Source of the DNA: an uncultured Flavisolibacter sp.
Lineage (GTDB): Bacteria; Bacteroidota; Bacteroidia; Chitinophagales; Chitinophagaceae
Length of the DNA: 40,346 nt
Direction: 5' to 3'
Assembly (NCBI GenBank): GCA_964460925.1
Contig: CAYWSQ010000003.1
Coordinates: forward strand, 3,905 to 44,250
Shown here in pieces: positions 8,696-18,960 of this stretch. A model generated the notes under the pieces. The model worked only from the letters and a program-made list of their open reading frames with translations, was not told the origin of the DNA and searched no databases. Numbering within the stretch: the first letter of the stretch is position 1; every line of letters begins with the position of its first letter. A program made the position numbers and the translations under genes.

Positions 8696-10402
8696 TCAGA
8701 GCTTGATGATCTTACTGGTTTGCAGTACCTGGTCGTAAGCGTTACGCACCTGCACATAATACATGCCTGCAGGCAATTCTTTGATATCCATCATCAGGTC
8801 TGACCGTGTTGTTTTCTGGCTCTTCATTTTTACACCCGCCATATTGAACACATCCACGTAAAACGGTTTAGCAGCGCTCACTTTCACTGATACCATTAAC
8901 GGGCCGGTGGTAGGGCTCGGGTAAACAGATATCTTCTTTTCCACTTCACCGGGTTGCAGCAGCGTATTATCATTGATGGGAAGGATCAGGCCTGAATAGG
9001 AAAATTCAAGTATGCGTCCTGCATTCGGGGGAGGGGTGCCACCTCCATTGAAACCACCGGTTGGCCCGGAAGTTTGTCCGCTTGCATCACAGGCCAGATA
9101 AAATTTGACCCCGTTTGGCGCTATTGCCAGGTCGCGGAATCTTCCTTCACCCCTGAAATAGCTGGTTGTATCTGTACCCCCGCTGTTATTCGTGATCCCG
9201 GTGCCGGCCGCATTAAGCTTCAGACGGTAAACACGTCCTGCTTTAAGACAGGTAACCAGCACACTGTTCTGCCAGCCCGGGATTTTTCCTGCTGTATAAA
9301 GATCAATGCTGGAGGGTGCCACGGTAGGCCAGGAAAGAAAGTTGGACCCGAGGGCCTGTATGTCAGTTTTATTGAGGGTGAATAAGGTCTTTACAGGTTC
9401 CCGGTTGGTAGTGGGATTTGCAGCCGCGAATGCAGCTTCATCCACGCCTGAATAGCCACCGAGTGTTAGACCGTTATAGTTATCATCACAATAACCCGAT
9501 ACGCGGTTCCATCCATAATTATTACCAGGAGTGATCAGGTTTACTTCATCATCGGTCTTATCTCCATGTTCGGAACTAAACAACCTGTCGGTGCCATTGA
9601 TGTTTGCCCACACAATACCCTGGGCATTGCGGTGCCCTCGCGAATACACGTAATCTCTTGGTGATATCGGCAGCCCGTTGTAGAATGGATTATCACCCGG
9701 AACCCACCTGTCATCGCCAGTGCCCACAGGCTCTGAGTTAAGTCGAAGAATTTTTCCCTCCATTACATCGAGCGCCTGCGCATTGTTGGTGCGTGAACTG
9801 TTATTAAACTGGCCTGCCCCCATATCCCCGATGGTATAATAGAGTTTCAGGTCGGGTCCTATGATGAGCCTACCGGAGTTATGGTCATTGCTTCCGGGCA
9901 TGTTATCGAGTATGATTTCCGGGTTGGAAAGTGTATTGCCATTGTATTCATAACGCACGATCCGGGTCAGGAAATTACAGGGATTGCCGGAGTTGGCATT
10001 AGTTGAGCAGTTTTGCCCTGTGGGCCTGTTGAATACATAGGCCAGGTAAACCCAGGGTTTGGCAGCTCTTGTTGCCGCATCGGAACTATATAGGTTAGGA
10101 TGAAGTGCCATACCCATCAAACCACCCTGGGGCCAGCGGCCACCATCGCCCATGGAAAAATTCTTTAAAGCGGAAAGATTCAGCAATGTAGTGGCTGTAC
10201 CATTGGCCACATTGATCCTCTTAACAAGGTAAGTAACACTTTCCGTGACCCAGATTGAATCATTGGGCCCGTAAACGATTTCCCAGGGAGAGTTTAAATT
10301 ACTGGCAACCACCCTTTTTGTAAAGGGTTCACCCTGGGCCATCACTATTTGTGAAAGACAAAGCCAGCCTGTAAGGAATAACCATTTCCGATTTTTGGAC
10401 AT
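8696..10402 (-). CDS. PQQ-dependent sugar dehydrogenase (GSDH beta-propeller) with T9SS type A C-terminal sorting domain
   Basis: Signal peptide; PWEIVYGP, QGGLMG, HNSGRL, GDMG, GHRNAQG, EHG, DDEVN and RFRD motifs; CTD VYPSPT...LPAGMYYVQV...KIIK. Confidence 0.88.
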   Translation of the reverse strand: MSKNRKWLFLTGWLCLSQIVMAQGEPFTKRVVASNLNSPWEIVYGPNDSIWVTESVTYLVKRINVANGTATTLLNLSALKNFSMGDGGRWPQGGLMGMALHPNLYSSDAATRAAKPWVYLAYVFNRPTGQNCSTNANSGNPCNFLTRIVRYEYNGNTLSNPEIILDNMPGSNDHNSGRLIIGPDLKLYYTIGDMGAGQFNNSSRTNNAQALDVMEGKILRLNSEPVGTGDDRWVPGDNPFYNGLPISPRDYVYSRGHRNAQGIVWANINGTDRLFSSEHGDKTDDEVNLITPGNNYGWNRVSGYCDDNYNGLTLGGYSGVDEAAFAAANPTTNREPVKTLFTLNKTDIQALGSNFLSWPTVAPSSIDLYTAGKIPGWQNSVLVTCLKAGRVYRLKLNAAGTGITNNSGGTDTTSYFRGEGRFRDLAIAPNGVKFYLACDASGQTSGPTGGFNGGGTPPPNAGRILEFSYSGLILPINDNTLLQPGEVEKKISVYPSPTTGPLMVSVKVSAAKPFYVDVFNMAGVKMKSQKTTRSDLMMDIKELPAGMYYVQVRNAYDQVLQTSKIIKL

Positions 10403-10576
10403 AGGAAGTTGGATTTACCACAAAATAAACAGGCGAATGATGTGAATCAATAGTAATAATCCCTGAGAAATACTCAGTAAAAGAGGGTAAAAAACTACAG
10501 GAATTACCTATTGCGCAGCATATCATGGGGGCCTATCTTCGGTATAAGATCCAACCCTATAAAACCGAACCTAACT

Positions 10577-12820
10577 ATGAAACACAATACTACCATATCC
10601 GCTTTTGTTGGTGTATTGGCATTTTTCCTGCTCGGTCTATTCCCTTTTATATCACAGGCGCAGAACATCGATTTTGGTAAGAGTTACTATAACGTTACCA
10701 AGGCTACCAATGGCGGAACTGTAGAACCAGGCGATGTGCTGGAGATCAGGGCTTCCATAGTAGTGAGGAACGGCACCTATGACAGTTGCGCTTATTTTGA
10801 CGTGATCCCTGCAGGAACCACTTATATTCCCGGTACCATCAGGGTGCTTACTAACGAAGGAAAAATCTATAAACAGTTTACTGATGCCATTGGTGATGAC
10901 CAGGGTTTCCGCAGCGGCGCGAACATCCGTATCAACCTGGGTTACCGGGGCAATGCCAACCCGGCCACTGCCTACAGGAGAGGCCGTATTGTGAATAACC
11001 ACAGGCCATCTTTTTATGGCAGCACCTGTATCATGATCGCATCTTTCAGGGTAACCGTAACCGCAGCATATAATACTACGATCAGTCTTGGTGGAGGATC
11101 TATGTCCTACAGGCCATCCGGACAGGGGCTGCAGTCATTCACTTTTCCGGCCAGGAGGGTTATGGTTTACCAGAATGTAGGTATCTGTCCCAATGCTGTT
11201 GGCGCCAACTCACTTGGAACAGAATTCAATGGAACATTTGGTACAGGTAAAAACCGTAACAGGGGCACCTCTGCGAATGTGCCTACAGGTTATACTTACA
11301 ATGTATTCACCAACAACTCTCCAAACGATTATTATTACGGCATTCCGAATAATACAAGTATCCGCACCGGGTATACCACTACCAACGACTGGCCCAAGCC
11401 CAATGGTACCTACAGGGTGTTCAGTGTATGGGATATCATTGGTGACCATACGGGTGCATCCAATCCCTTACTGGGTAATCCGCCCGCCGATACTGTCAAT
11501 AACGACAATGCCGGTTATATGCTGGTGATCAACGCGGCTTACCGCATTGACTCGGCTTTTCAGCAGACCATTTCAAATCTTTGTCCCAATACCTATTACG
11601 AGATCTCCGTTTGGATGCGCAACATCTGTTCCCGTTGCGGTTGTGATTCTGCTGGCCGCGGTGCCGGAAATGCAGGATACATTCCAACGGCCGCAGGCGA
11701 CTCTTCAGGTGTTTATCCGAACCTTTCGTTCAACGTAGATGGGATTGACTATTATACTACAGGTAATATTTTGTATACAGGTCAGTGGATCAAAAAAGGA
11801 TTTACTTTCAGAACTGGCCCAACGCAGAACAGCTTCACCCTTAAAATTTTCAACAACGCGCCTGGTGGTGGCGGTAACGACTGGGCGCTGGATGATATAT
11901 CTGTCGCCACCTGTAGTCCCAACCTGGCCTTCACACCCAATAACACACCCACAGTGTGTTCAGGAAACGTAGTAGACATAGGCGCTTACATCAGGTCGTA
12001 TTTCAACAATTATACATTCTATAAATGGCAACGCAGTACTGATAATGGTGTGAACTGGACGGATGCAGGAAGCATAGGTACAGGAGTACCAGTATGGAAT
12101 GGCTCTGCTTATGAATACTACACAGCCTTTCCCACATTTGTTGCGAATATGGCCGACAGTGGATTAAAATTCCGCGTGGTGGTTGCCAGTACCATTGCCA
12201 ATATCTCCGATCCCAACTGTTCATTCGCGGATGCGAGTTCCATCCTAACCTTGAATGTGATCGATTGTGGCTACGCTCTCAAGACTGACATCATTTCTTT
12301 TTCCGGAAAAAATGAGGAGGGCACCGTTAAGCTCAACTGGGTTTCCAACCAGGAAGATAACCCGGTGCGATATGAAGTGGAAAGAAGCCTGGATGGTGTG
12401 CAGTTCTCACGTATCGCGGAAGTGAATGGTTTGAATGGCAGTGAAGTCAATTATTATAAATGGTCGGGAGCTTTCCCGCAGGCCAATACAGCGTTTTACC
12501 GTATCAGGCTTATTGATGGCAACCAACAGAAAATTTCAAGAGTTGTGCGCCTGAGTTCGAGCAGGGAAATGCTTAATCTTGCCAGTGTGATCAATCCTTT
12601 TAGCGATAAACTTCAAGCAGAAGTGAATGCTGGTTCCGCGCAGGTAGCACAGCTTCAACTGATTGATAACTCGGGCAGGGTGGTAAAAATGCAGCAGGTG
12701 AATATTGCAGAGGGATATAATACTATTCAAATTGAAACAGCTAACCTGCCGAAGGGTTTGTACACACTTCAGTTGAGAACAAATACTGTTGTGATCAATA
12801 AACGGGTGGTGAAGCAATAG
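10577..12820 (+). CDS. T9SS type A sorting domain-containing secreted protein
   Basis: Signal peptide, N/G/T-rich beta-type body, and CTD NPF...LPKGLYTLQL...RVVKQ. ATG 10577 follows TATCTTCG (10534-10541). Confidence 0.85.
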   Translation: MKHNTTISAFVGVLAFFLLGLFPFISQAQNIDFGKSYYNVTKATNGGTVEPGDVLEIRASIVVRNGTYDSCAYFDVIPAGTTYIPGTIRVLTNEGKIYKQFTDAIGDDQGFRSGANIRINLGYRGNANPATAYRRGRIVNNHRPSFYGSTCIMIASFRVTVTAAYNTTISLGGGSMSYRPSGQGLQSFTFPARRVMVYQNVGICPNAVGANSLGTEFNGTFGTGKNRNRGTSANVPTGYTYNVFTNNSPNDYYYGIPNNTSIRTGYTTTNDWPKPNGTYRVFSVWDIIGDHTGASNPLLGNPPADTVNNDNAGYMLVINAAYRIDSAFQQTISNLCPNTYYEISVWMRNICSRCGCDSAGRGAGNAGYIPTAAGDSSGVYPNLSFNVDGIDYYTTGNILYTGQWIKKGFTFRTGPTQNSFTLKIFNNAPGGGGNDWALDDISVATCSPNLAFTPNNTPTVCSGNVVDIGAYIRSYFNNYTFYKWQRSTDNGVNWTDAGSIGTGVPVWNGSAYEYYTAFPTFVANMADSGLKFRVVVASTIANISDPNCSFADASSILTLNVIDCGYALKTDIISFSGKNEEGTVKLNWVSNQEDNPVRYEVERSLDGVQFSRIAEVNGLNGSEVNYYKWSGAFPQANTAFYRIRLIDGNQQKISRVVRLSSSREMLNLASVINPFSDKLQAEVNAGSAQVAQLQLIDNSGRVVKMQQVNIAEGYNTIQIETANLPKGLYTLQLRTNTVVINKRVVKQ

Positions 12821-12918
12821 GTTCGTGCCATGGTGACGTTTTAAGAGAAAAGCCTGGATAATTTTCATCCATTTTTACTTCATACCGCGTGAATGTTGCG
12901 GTTCAAATTTTTTTTCAC

Positions 12919-12955
12919 CGCAAAGGCGCCAAGGGCGCGAAGGTTACGCAAAGGG
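12919..12955. repeat. imperfect ~9-nt tandem repeat (CGCAAAGG)
   Basis: CGCAAAGG CGCCAAGGG CGCGAAGGTTA CGCAAAGGG between convergent genes. Confidence 0.7.
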
Positions 12956-13038
12956 AATACAAAACTATCTCAATTAGTGAGGGGAAATTATTCAGAAATA
13001 CTTTGCAACAGAACAGGCACCTGCACATAATCACAGCA

Positions 13039-13713
13039 TCACAGCACCTGTGCCTTATCACTCAGTTCAGTACTGGTGGTGACAGTCTGCCGCCGCGAAA
13101 CCTCCGTTTCTTCCTTGCGTACCAGTCTTTTTTGAAAGATCAGCAGCGTGATCACGCCAATGGAAATTGAAGCATCCGCTATATTGAAAATAGGACTGAA
13201 GAACTCAAGCCTGTTTCCACCTAACCAGGGAACCCACGAAGGCCAGGTGGTATCTACCATCGGGAAGTATAACATATCCACCACGTGGCCGTGAAGGAAT
13301 CCCGCATAACCATTACCGGTAAACATGCCTGCTACATTCCCGTTTTCGCTGCTCTCGAAGATCATTCCATAGAACATGCTGTCAATCAGGTTGCCCAGGG
13401 CACCGGCATAAATAAGAGAAGCACAAATAATAAAGCCTTTGGTATAGCGCTGCTTCACAATGCGGCCCAGGTACCAGGTACCAAATAAAACCGCGGCAAG
13501 CCTGAAAAGGGTCAATAACATCTTGCCCCATTCGCCGCCCCATTTCCAACCCCAGGCCATCCCTTCATTTTCGATAAAATAAAGCTGCGCCCATGTTTGA
13601 CCCAGCATATTGGTAACATGGCCGAAAGTAAAACTGGTCTTGATCCAGATCTTCAGGGCCTGGTCGGCAATGATGATCACCAGGATGAGTAAAACAGAGT
13701 AACGAAGCTTCAC
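13039..13713 (-). CDS. lspA: lipoprotein signal peptidase II
   Basis: DQALK, NEGMAWG, GALGNLID, GHVVDM and FNIAD motifs; own promoter TATCTTTG (13732-13739, minus strand). Confidence 0.95.
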   Translation of the reverse strand: MKLRYSVLLILVIIIADQALKIWIKTSFTFGHVTNMLGQTWAQLYFIENEGMAWGWKWGGEWGKMLLTLFRLAAVLFGTWYLGRIVKQRYTKGFIICASLIYAGALGNLIDSMFYGMIFESSENGNVAGMFTGNGYAGFLHGHVVDMLYFPMVDTTWPSWVPWLGGNRLEFFSPIFNIADASISIGVITLLIFQKRLVRKEETEVSRRQTVTTSTELSDKAQVL

Positions 13714-13779
13714 ATTAAAAAATTAAAGGCCCAAAGATAAGGGTTGAGGCCCGGGAGCCCGGGTCAAAAAAGGTTAATT

Positions 13780-16242
13780 CTATTCGTGGTAATAAATCCG
13801 TTTGACGCGCTGGGAAATGGATGTCATCAGTTCGTAAGGTATGGTATCAGCCCACGCCGCAACTTCCTGTACTGGCAAACCATGGCCAAATATGATCACA
13901 TCATCTCCTTCCTTCACACCAGGCACCGATGTTACATCAATCATGGTCATGTCCATACATACTGAACCCACCACCGGCACTCTTTTTCCTCTTACCATCA
14001 TTTGCCCTTTTCCATTTCCGAAATGCCTTGCGTAACCATCTGCGTACCCAATCCGGACCGTGGCAATAAGAGCATTCTCCTTCATCACACCCTTCCTGTT
14101 ATAACTTACCGCATCACCCTTACGTACTTCCCTTAACTGGGCGATGGTTGACCTGAGTGTGGCCACCGCCTGCAGATCGAGTGAATCCGTACCATCCACT
14201 TCAACACCATACAGGCCAATGCCCAGCCGCACCATATCTTTTTGCAAATGTGGATGCCTTACAATAGCTGCCGAATTGGAAATGTGCTGCAAAAAATCAT
14301 ACCCCAGCCGGTTCCTGAACAGGGCAGCCGCTTCTTCAAACAGTGCTGCCTGCTCCATGGTAAATTCATCCAGCAAAGCATCCTCACTGCCAGCCAGGTG
14401 TGAAAACAGGGAAACCAGGTGAAAACTTCCTGATGATCCCAGGTAATCTGCAACAAGGTCGGCTTCAGCTACAGCAAAACCCAGCCGGTGCATGCCTGTG
14501 TCGAGCTCCACATGCACAGGGTATTGATCCAGGCCCTGCTCTTTCAGGTAGGCTTCAAATCTTTTAAGGATATCCCAGGAATAGATCACAGGCTGCAGGT
14601 TATGGTCAACGATGGCCTGGAAGGAGGAACTTTCCGCATTCATCACCATAATGGGCAGGCTGATTCCCGATCTTACCAGGTCCGCGCCTTCATCAGCATA
14701 AGCCACCCCTAGAAAATCCACGTGATGAAACTGCAATACACTCGCGATCTCCGCCCCGCCGCTGCCATAGGAAAAAGCTTTTACCATGCCCATCAGTTTG
14801 GTGCCGGGCCGCAATTGTTTCTGGTATTGTTTGAGATTATGCACCAGTGCATTCAGGTTGATCTCGAGAACGGTCTGGTGCTTTTTTTCTTCGAATAACT
14901 GGGCGATCCTTTCAAAGCCGAATTTGCGGGCACCCTTGATAAGAATGATCTCCCTAAAGAATACCGAAGTTCTGAACCGCGCAATAAAATCTTCAGTGGA
15001 TGGAAATGATTCAATAACAACAGTACCAGGAAGGAAATCACGAAGCATGCCGGCCAGGTGCTCTCCTACCGCTATCACTTTATCGATCCTGGACTGTAGC
15101 AATAAGGCTGCTACCTGCTCGTACAGGTGCTGTTCTTCCATGCCACTATCCATAAACTCAGACAGGATCACCGTTCTTTTGAGATTGGCTGCCTGCTGTT
15201 GCAGAAAATCAAGAGCGATACGAAGCGAGGTGATATCGGCGCTGTAACTGTCGTTGATCACCAGGCAGTCGTTGAAGCTTCTCCTGAGCTGCAGCCTCAT
15301 ATCAATAGCGTGCAATAATGAAATTCTTTCGGCGACCCTGGTTAATTCATAACCAAGGGCCAGCATCAGGCAAGAGCAGGAAATGGCATTCTCTATAGAG
15401 GCCTGGTCAGTAAAAGGGATGTTCAATTCTAAATCCTTTCCTCCTACCACTGCTGACAGTAGGGTATGTTGTGCTTTTTGTTTTGATGCTGAAACCCGGA
15501 AAAAATTATGGTCGCCCACACCCCAGCTAAAATGTTTTGCATCTTTCATTCTTGAAAATGCACCCGCCAGGTCCGGGTCATCGCCTGGATAAACCAGCAT
15601 GCTGCAATGCTCAAACAATAATAATTTCTCCTTTATTTTTTCTGTGCGGTCATGAAAGCCTTCATTATGTGCTTCACCTATATTGGTGAGAATGCCGATT
15701 TCCGGCCGGATGATAGCTTCCAGTTGCTGCATTTCACCTGGCCGCGAAATGCCTGCTTCAAAAATGGCGAGGTCATGGGAATCCTGCATCTGCCAAACAC
15801 TGAGCGGAACGCCGAGTTGGGAATTAAAACTACGAGGACTGCGTACGATCTTCCGGTCATCCTGCAATAACTGGTTGAGCCATTCTTTAACAATGGTCTT
15901 ACCATTACTGCCGGTAATGGCGATGATTGGGTAAGAAAATTTTTCGCGGTGATAAGCTGCCAGCACCTGAAGGGCTTGAAGTGTGTCGGGTACCAGGATG
16001 ATATTGGATCCGGGAAGGGCTTTGACCGGTGACTGTACAAGGAAATTCCTTACACCCTTTTTATATACTTCTTCAAGGAAACGGTGGCCATCATCCTGGG
16101 ATGTTACGAGGGCAATGAATAAAGAAGCATCCGGCTGCGAGATGCGCCTGCTGTCGTACACAAGGTAACGTATGGGATGCTCACCTGAATGGCAGATGAA
16201 CTTCCCACCTGTGATATCGCAGATTTGTGCAGCAGGATACAA
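13780..16242 (-). CDS. bifunctional MurF / alanine racemase
   Basis: N-terminal Mur ligase (ITGSNGKT, INDSY) fused to Alr (MVKAFSYGSG, DTGMHRLG, GYADG, VCMDM, TIPYE). Confidence 0.93.
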   Translation of the reverse strand: MYPAAQICDITGGKFICHSGEHPIRYLVYDSRRISQPDASLFIALVTSQDDGHRFLEEVYKKGVRNFLVQSPVKALPGSNIILVPDTLQALQVLAAYHREKFSYPIIAITGSNGKTIVKEWLNQLLQDDRKIVRSPRSFNSQLGVPLSVWQMQDSHDLAIFEAGISRPGEMQQLEAIIRPEIGILTNIGEAHNEGFHDRTEKIKEKLLLFEHCSMLVYPGDDPDLAGAFSRMKDAKHFSWGVGDHNFFRVSASKQKAQHTLLSAVVGGKDLELNIPFTDQASIENAISCSCLMLALGYELTRVAERISLLHAIDMRLQLRRSFNDCLVINDSYSADITSLRIALDFLQQQAANLKRTVILSEFMDSGMEEQHLYEQVAALLLQSRIDKVIAVGEHLAGMLRDFLPGTVVIESFPSTEDFIARFRTSVFFREIILIKGARKFGFERIAQLFEEKKHQTVLEINLNALVHNLKQYQKQLRPGTKLMGMVKAFSYGSGGAEIASVLQFHHVDFLGVAYADEGADLVRSGISLPIMVMNAESSSFQAIVDHNLQPVIYSWDILKRFEAYLKEQGLDQYPVHVELDTGMHRLGFAVAEADLVADYLGSSGSFHLVSLFSHLAGSEDALLDEFTMEQAALFEEAAALFRNRLGYDFLQHISNSAAIVRHPHLQKDMVRLGIGLYGVEVDGTDSLDLQAVATLRSTIAQLREVRKGDAVSYNRKGVMKENALIATVRIGYADGYARHFGNGKGQMMVRGKRVPVVGSVCMDMTMIDVTSVPGVKEGDDVIIFGHGLPVQEVAAWADTIPYELMTSISQRVKRIYYHE

Positions 16243-16252
16243 AGCAACAATT

Positions 16253-17221
16253 TTAAATCAGGTCATTTTCGTTTTTCTTCCTTTTGGAAGCCTGGATAGA
16301 ATACAGGATGGATCCGCCCAGGCAGATCACAATCACCATCAGTGAAACTGTAACGGGAACATGAAACCCGGTAACTACCAGTGGCACCAGCATTTTCAAA
16401 CCAATAAAAACGAGTACGATGGCAATCCCCTGTTGCAGGTATTGGAATTTATTAACGGCCCCTTTCAGCAGGAAATATAAAGAACGCAAACCCAGAACAG
16501 CAAAAATATTACTGGTGTAAATGATCAGTTCTTTATTAGGTGATTCTGTAACAATTGCAAATACGGCGGGAATACTATCAAGAGCAAAAACAATATCAGT
16601 TGTTCCCAGCATGATAATCACAACAAACATATTTGTGTAAAATCTCTTCCCATTTCGCCGGACCACGATTTTACCGCTTATGTCTTCATGAATGATGGGA
16701 AAAAACCGGTTTAAAAATTTATACACCGGGTTCTTTGCAGGATCAAATTCATTTTCGTGATTCGCCGTATAGATCTTTATGCCTGTATAAACCAGGAATG
16801 CCCCGAACAAGTACAGCAACCAGCTAAACCGTTCCACCAAAACCACTCCCACCGTAATGAATATCACACGGAAAACTATGGCCATCAAAATGCCGATCAT
16901 GAGCGCTCTCGCAACATGATCGGATCTTATCCGGAAAAAAGAAAAAATCAGGATGAAAACAAAAACGTTGTCAATACTGAGACTTTTCTCCATCAAATAA
17001 GCGCTCAGGTATTCCAGGGCAGGGGCTTCACCGTATTCATACCATACAAATCCAAAAAATGCAAGGGCAAGAACTATCCAGAAAAGAGCCTGGACCAGGG
17101 CTTTTTTGATACTCATCTCACCCGAACTTTTGCTGAATACCCCAAGGTCCAATATGATTGCAAAAAGAAGTACGATTCCAAAAACAAGGTAGGTGACCTG
17201 ATCCGTCGACATATGCTCCAC
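16253..17221 (-). CDS. TerC/Alx family metal homeostasis membrane protein
   Basis: EKSLSIDNVFVF, DIVFALDSIPA and SNIFAVLGLRSLYF motifs. Start is GTG 17221 or ATG 17212. Confidence 0.93.
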   Translation of the reverse strand: MEHMSTDQVTYLVFGIVLLFAIILDLGVFSKSSGEMSIKKALVQALFWIVLALAFFGFVWYEYGEAPALEYLSAYLMEKSLSIDNVFVFILIFSFFRIRSDHVARALMIGILMAIVFRVIFITVGVVLVERFSWLLYLFGAFLVYTGIKIYTANHENEFDPAKNPVYKFLNRFFPIIHEDISGKIVVRRNGKRFYTNMFVVIIMLGTTDIVFALDSIPAVFAIVTESPNKELIIYTSNIFAVLGLRSLYFLLKGAVNKFQYLQQGIAIVLVFIGLKMLVPLVVTGFHVPVTVSLMVIVICLGGSILYSIQASKRKKNENDLI

Positions 17222-17250
17222 GCTTTACTTGAAGTGGCAAATATAGTTCA

Positions 17251-18960
17251 TCAGGAAGCGCTTTTTACCTGTCCGAAACGGTAGCGACGGTACTGCTGGT
17301 AAATAAAGCCGAAAACCACCACCAGGAGGATGGGAAGAACAATATTAATAACCTGCCATTTCCGCTTTTCTTCCATGGTTTTTTTAGGATCGAGCAGCCT
17401 TAAAGTAAATTCTTTTGACCGGGTCTGGAGAATATCTGTGGGATTTACAAGATGCTCAAGTGCATTCAGGAAAAAATCCTTGTTGGCATAGGAATAACCG
17501 GTGAAAAAATTCACACCCATAGGGAGCGGCCCATCACTCTGGCTCACCTGGTTCACCGCCAGGTCGCCATCTGCCACAACGATCATTTTATTATCGCTGG
17601 TGTTCGCATTCAGGAAATGATAACCGTAACCTTTCATGGAATCGGCCAGGGCCCTGGGTATCCGTCCCGTATACAATGAATTGAATTTCCCCTCCAGCAG
17701 TACGGCCACGGGTACATTCTTTTTCTGGAAGGTTTTGATATCCGGTGCTATCTGTAAAAATTCAAAATCGATCCTTGCAGGCGCTTCCATCAGCCTGGCA
17801 TTGGCGGAAGATTCGAGCAGGAAAGTTTTGGTGATGCCTTCCGCTTCAACGGTATCAATGGAAGTGGGAAACATGGCACGTACACCATTCAGGTTCTTAC
17901 TCACCGGGTGCTGAGTTCCATTGAGGATGGGAAAGAATGGCCAGTCCACCAGGCGCTGCTGCTCCGAACTCTGGCTGATCTGCGGGAGCTTGTCGCTCTG
18001 CATATCCTGCAAGAGGTTTTGATTGAGACGCACACCGTATTTAAACAGCAGGTCTTCCAGGTTGAGGCCACGGTCAAAGGCAATGAAGCCCTGCGATTTG
18101 TACAGGCTGTCGAATTCAGCGTACATGTTGTCGATCATCCAGAACACCTTTCCCCCATGCATCACGTACTGGTCGATCTTGATCTTCTCCGCATCTGTAA
18201 AAGGAATGGTTGGCTTCATCACCACCAGCGCATCAAAAGAAGGAATGAAAGGCGCCTCAACTATATTAATTGTATCAAAATTGAATTCTTTAATGAGAGT
18301 GCGTACCGCATCATCCACATTATAACCCCAGCCTTCGCCATTCCCCAAAGCGTAACCCACAGTGGGCTTTGCCGGTCGCGTGATCTTTTGCACGGCACTG
18401 GCGAATTTGTATTCCATGGTGGCTTCCATGTTATTATAAAGCGCTGCCAGTTGTTCGGGTTCGGTGCCGAAAGCCCTTTCACCTTTTAGCAGGTTCACAC
18501 CCATACTGGTATCACGGTAATGCACAACCGCACCAGGAAGTACCAGCTTAACGGTTTGCTCATCCCCCACCTTTCCGGGTGCCTGCAGGGTAAAAGCCGG
18601 AATATCATAAAAGTAATTGATGGAATCGATCACATACTGTGCAGCCGAATCATCGAGACCTTTGAGGGGATCGATAAAATTCACTTCGATATTTTCCTTT
18701 CCGTACTCTTTACATTCCTGTAAGAACTCTTCCACGCTGTTGGCCAGTTTCCTGAAACCTGCAGGGAAATCCCCTTCCATAAATACATCTATCCTGACTG
18801 GTTCGTCAAGATTGCGTAAGAGGTTTTTGGTGGGCCGGCTGAGGGAATAGCGGTTTTCTTCCGTAAGGTCAATCCGCTGATGAAACAGGGTAGCCAGAAC
18901 GTTGATGGCAACCAGGCCAGCCACCAATACGATCCACCATATGGTATTCTTTCTGTTCAT
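17251..18960 (-). CDS. gldG: gliding motility ABC transporter substrate-binding protein GldG
   Basis: RIDLTEENRYSLS, IDQYVMHGG, LLFKYGVR and C-terminal TM (WQVINIVLP); directly follows gldF. Confidence 0.9.
   Translation of the reverse strand: MNRKNTIWWIVLVAGLVAINVLATLFHQRIDLTEENRYSLSRPTKNLLRNLDEPVRIDVFMEGDFPAGFRKLANSVEEFLQECKEYGKENIEVNFIDPLKGLDDSAAQYVIDSINYFYDIPAFTLQAPGKVGDEQTVKLVLPGAVVHYRDTSMGVNLLKGERAFGTEPEQLAALYNNMEATMEYKFASAVQKITRPAKPTVGYALGNGEGWGYNVDDAVRTLIKEFNFDTINIVEAPFIPSFDALVVMKPTIPFTDAEKIKIDQYVMHGGKVFWMIDNMYAEFDSLYKSQGFIAFDRGLNLEDLLFKYGVRLNQNLLQDMQSDKLPQISQSSEQQRLVDWPFFPILNGTQHPVSKNLNGVRAMFPTSIDTVEAEGITKTFLLESSANARLMEAPARIDFEFLQIAPDIKTFQKKNVPVAVLLEGKFNSLYTGRIPRALADSMKGYGYHFLNANTSDNKMIVVADGDLAVNQVSQSDGPLPMGVNFFTGYSYANKDFFLNALEHLVNPTDILQTRSKEFTLRLLDPKKTMEEKRKWQVINIVLPILLVVVFGFIYQQYRRYRFGQVKSAS

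Noticed and set aside
12889-13170. 93-aa ORF
   Set aside because: Built from the 9-mer repeat and overlaps lspA in antisense.
13780-16242. MurF-Alr fusion as a novelty
   Set aside because: Known, widespread Bacteroidota architecture.
17222-17250. yybP-ykoY Mn riboswitch before terC/alx
   Set aside because: Only 29 bp between gldG and terC, and it contains a TATATTTG promoter box.
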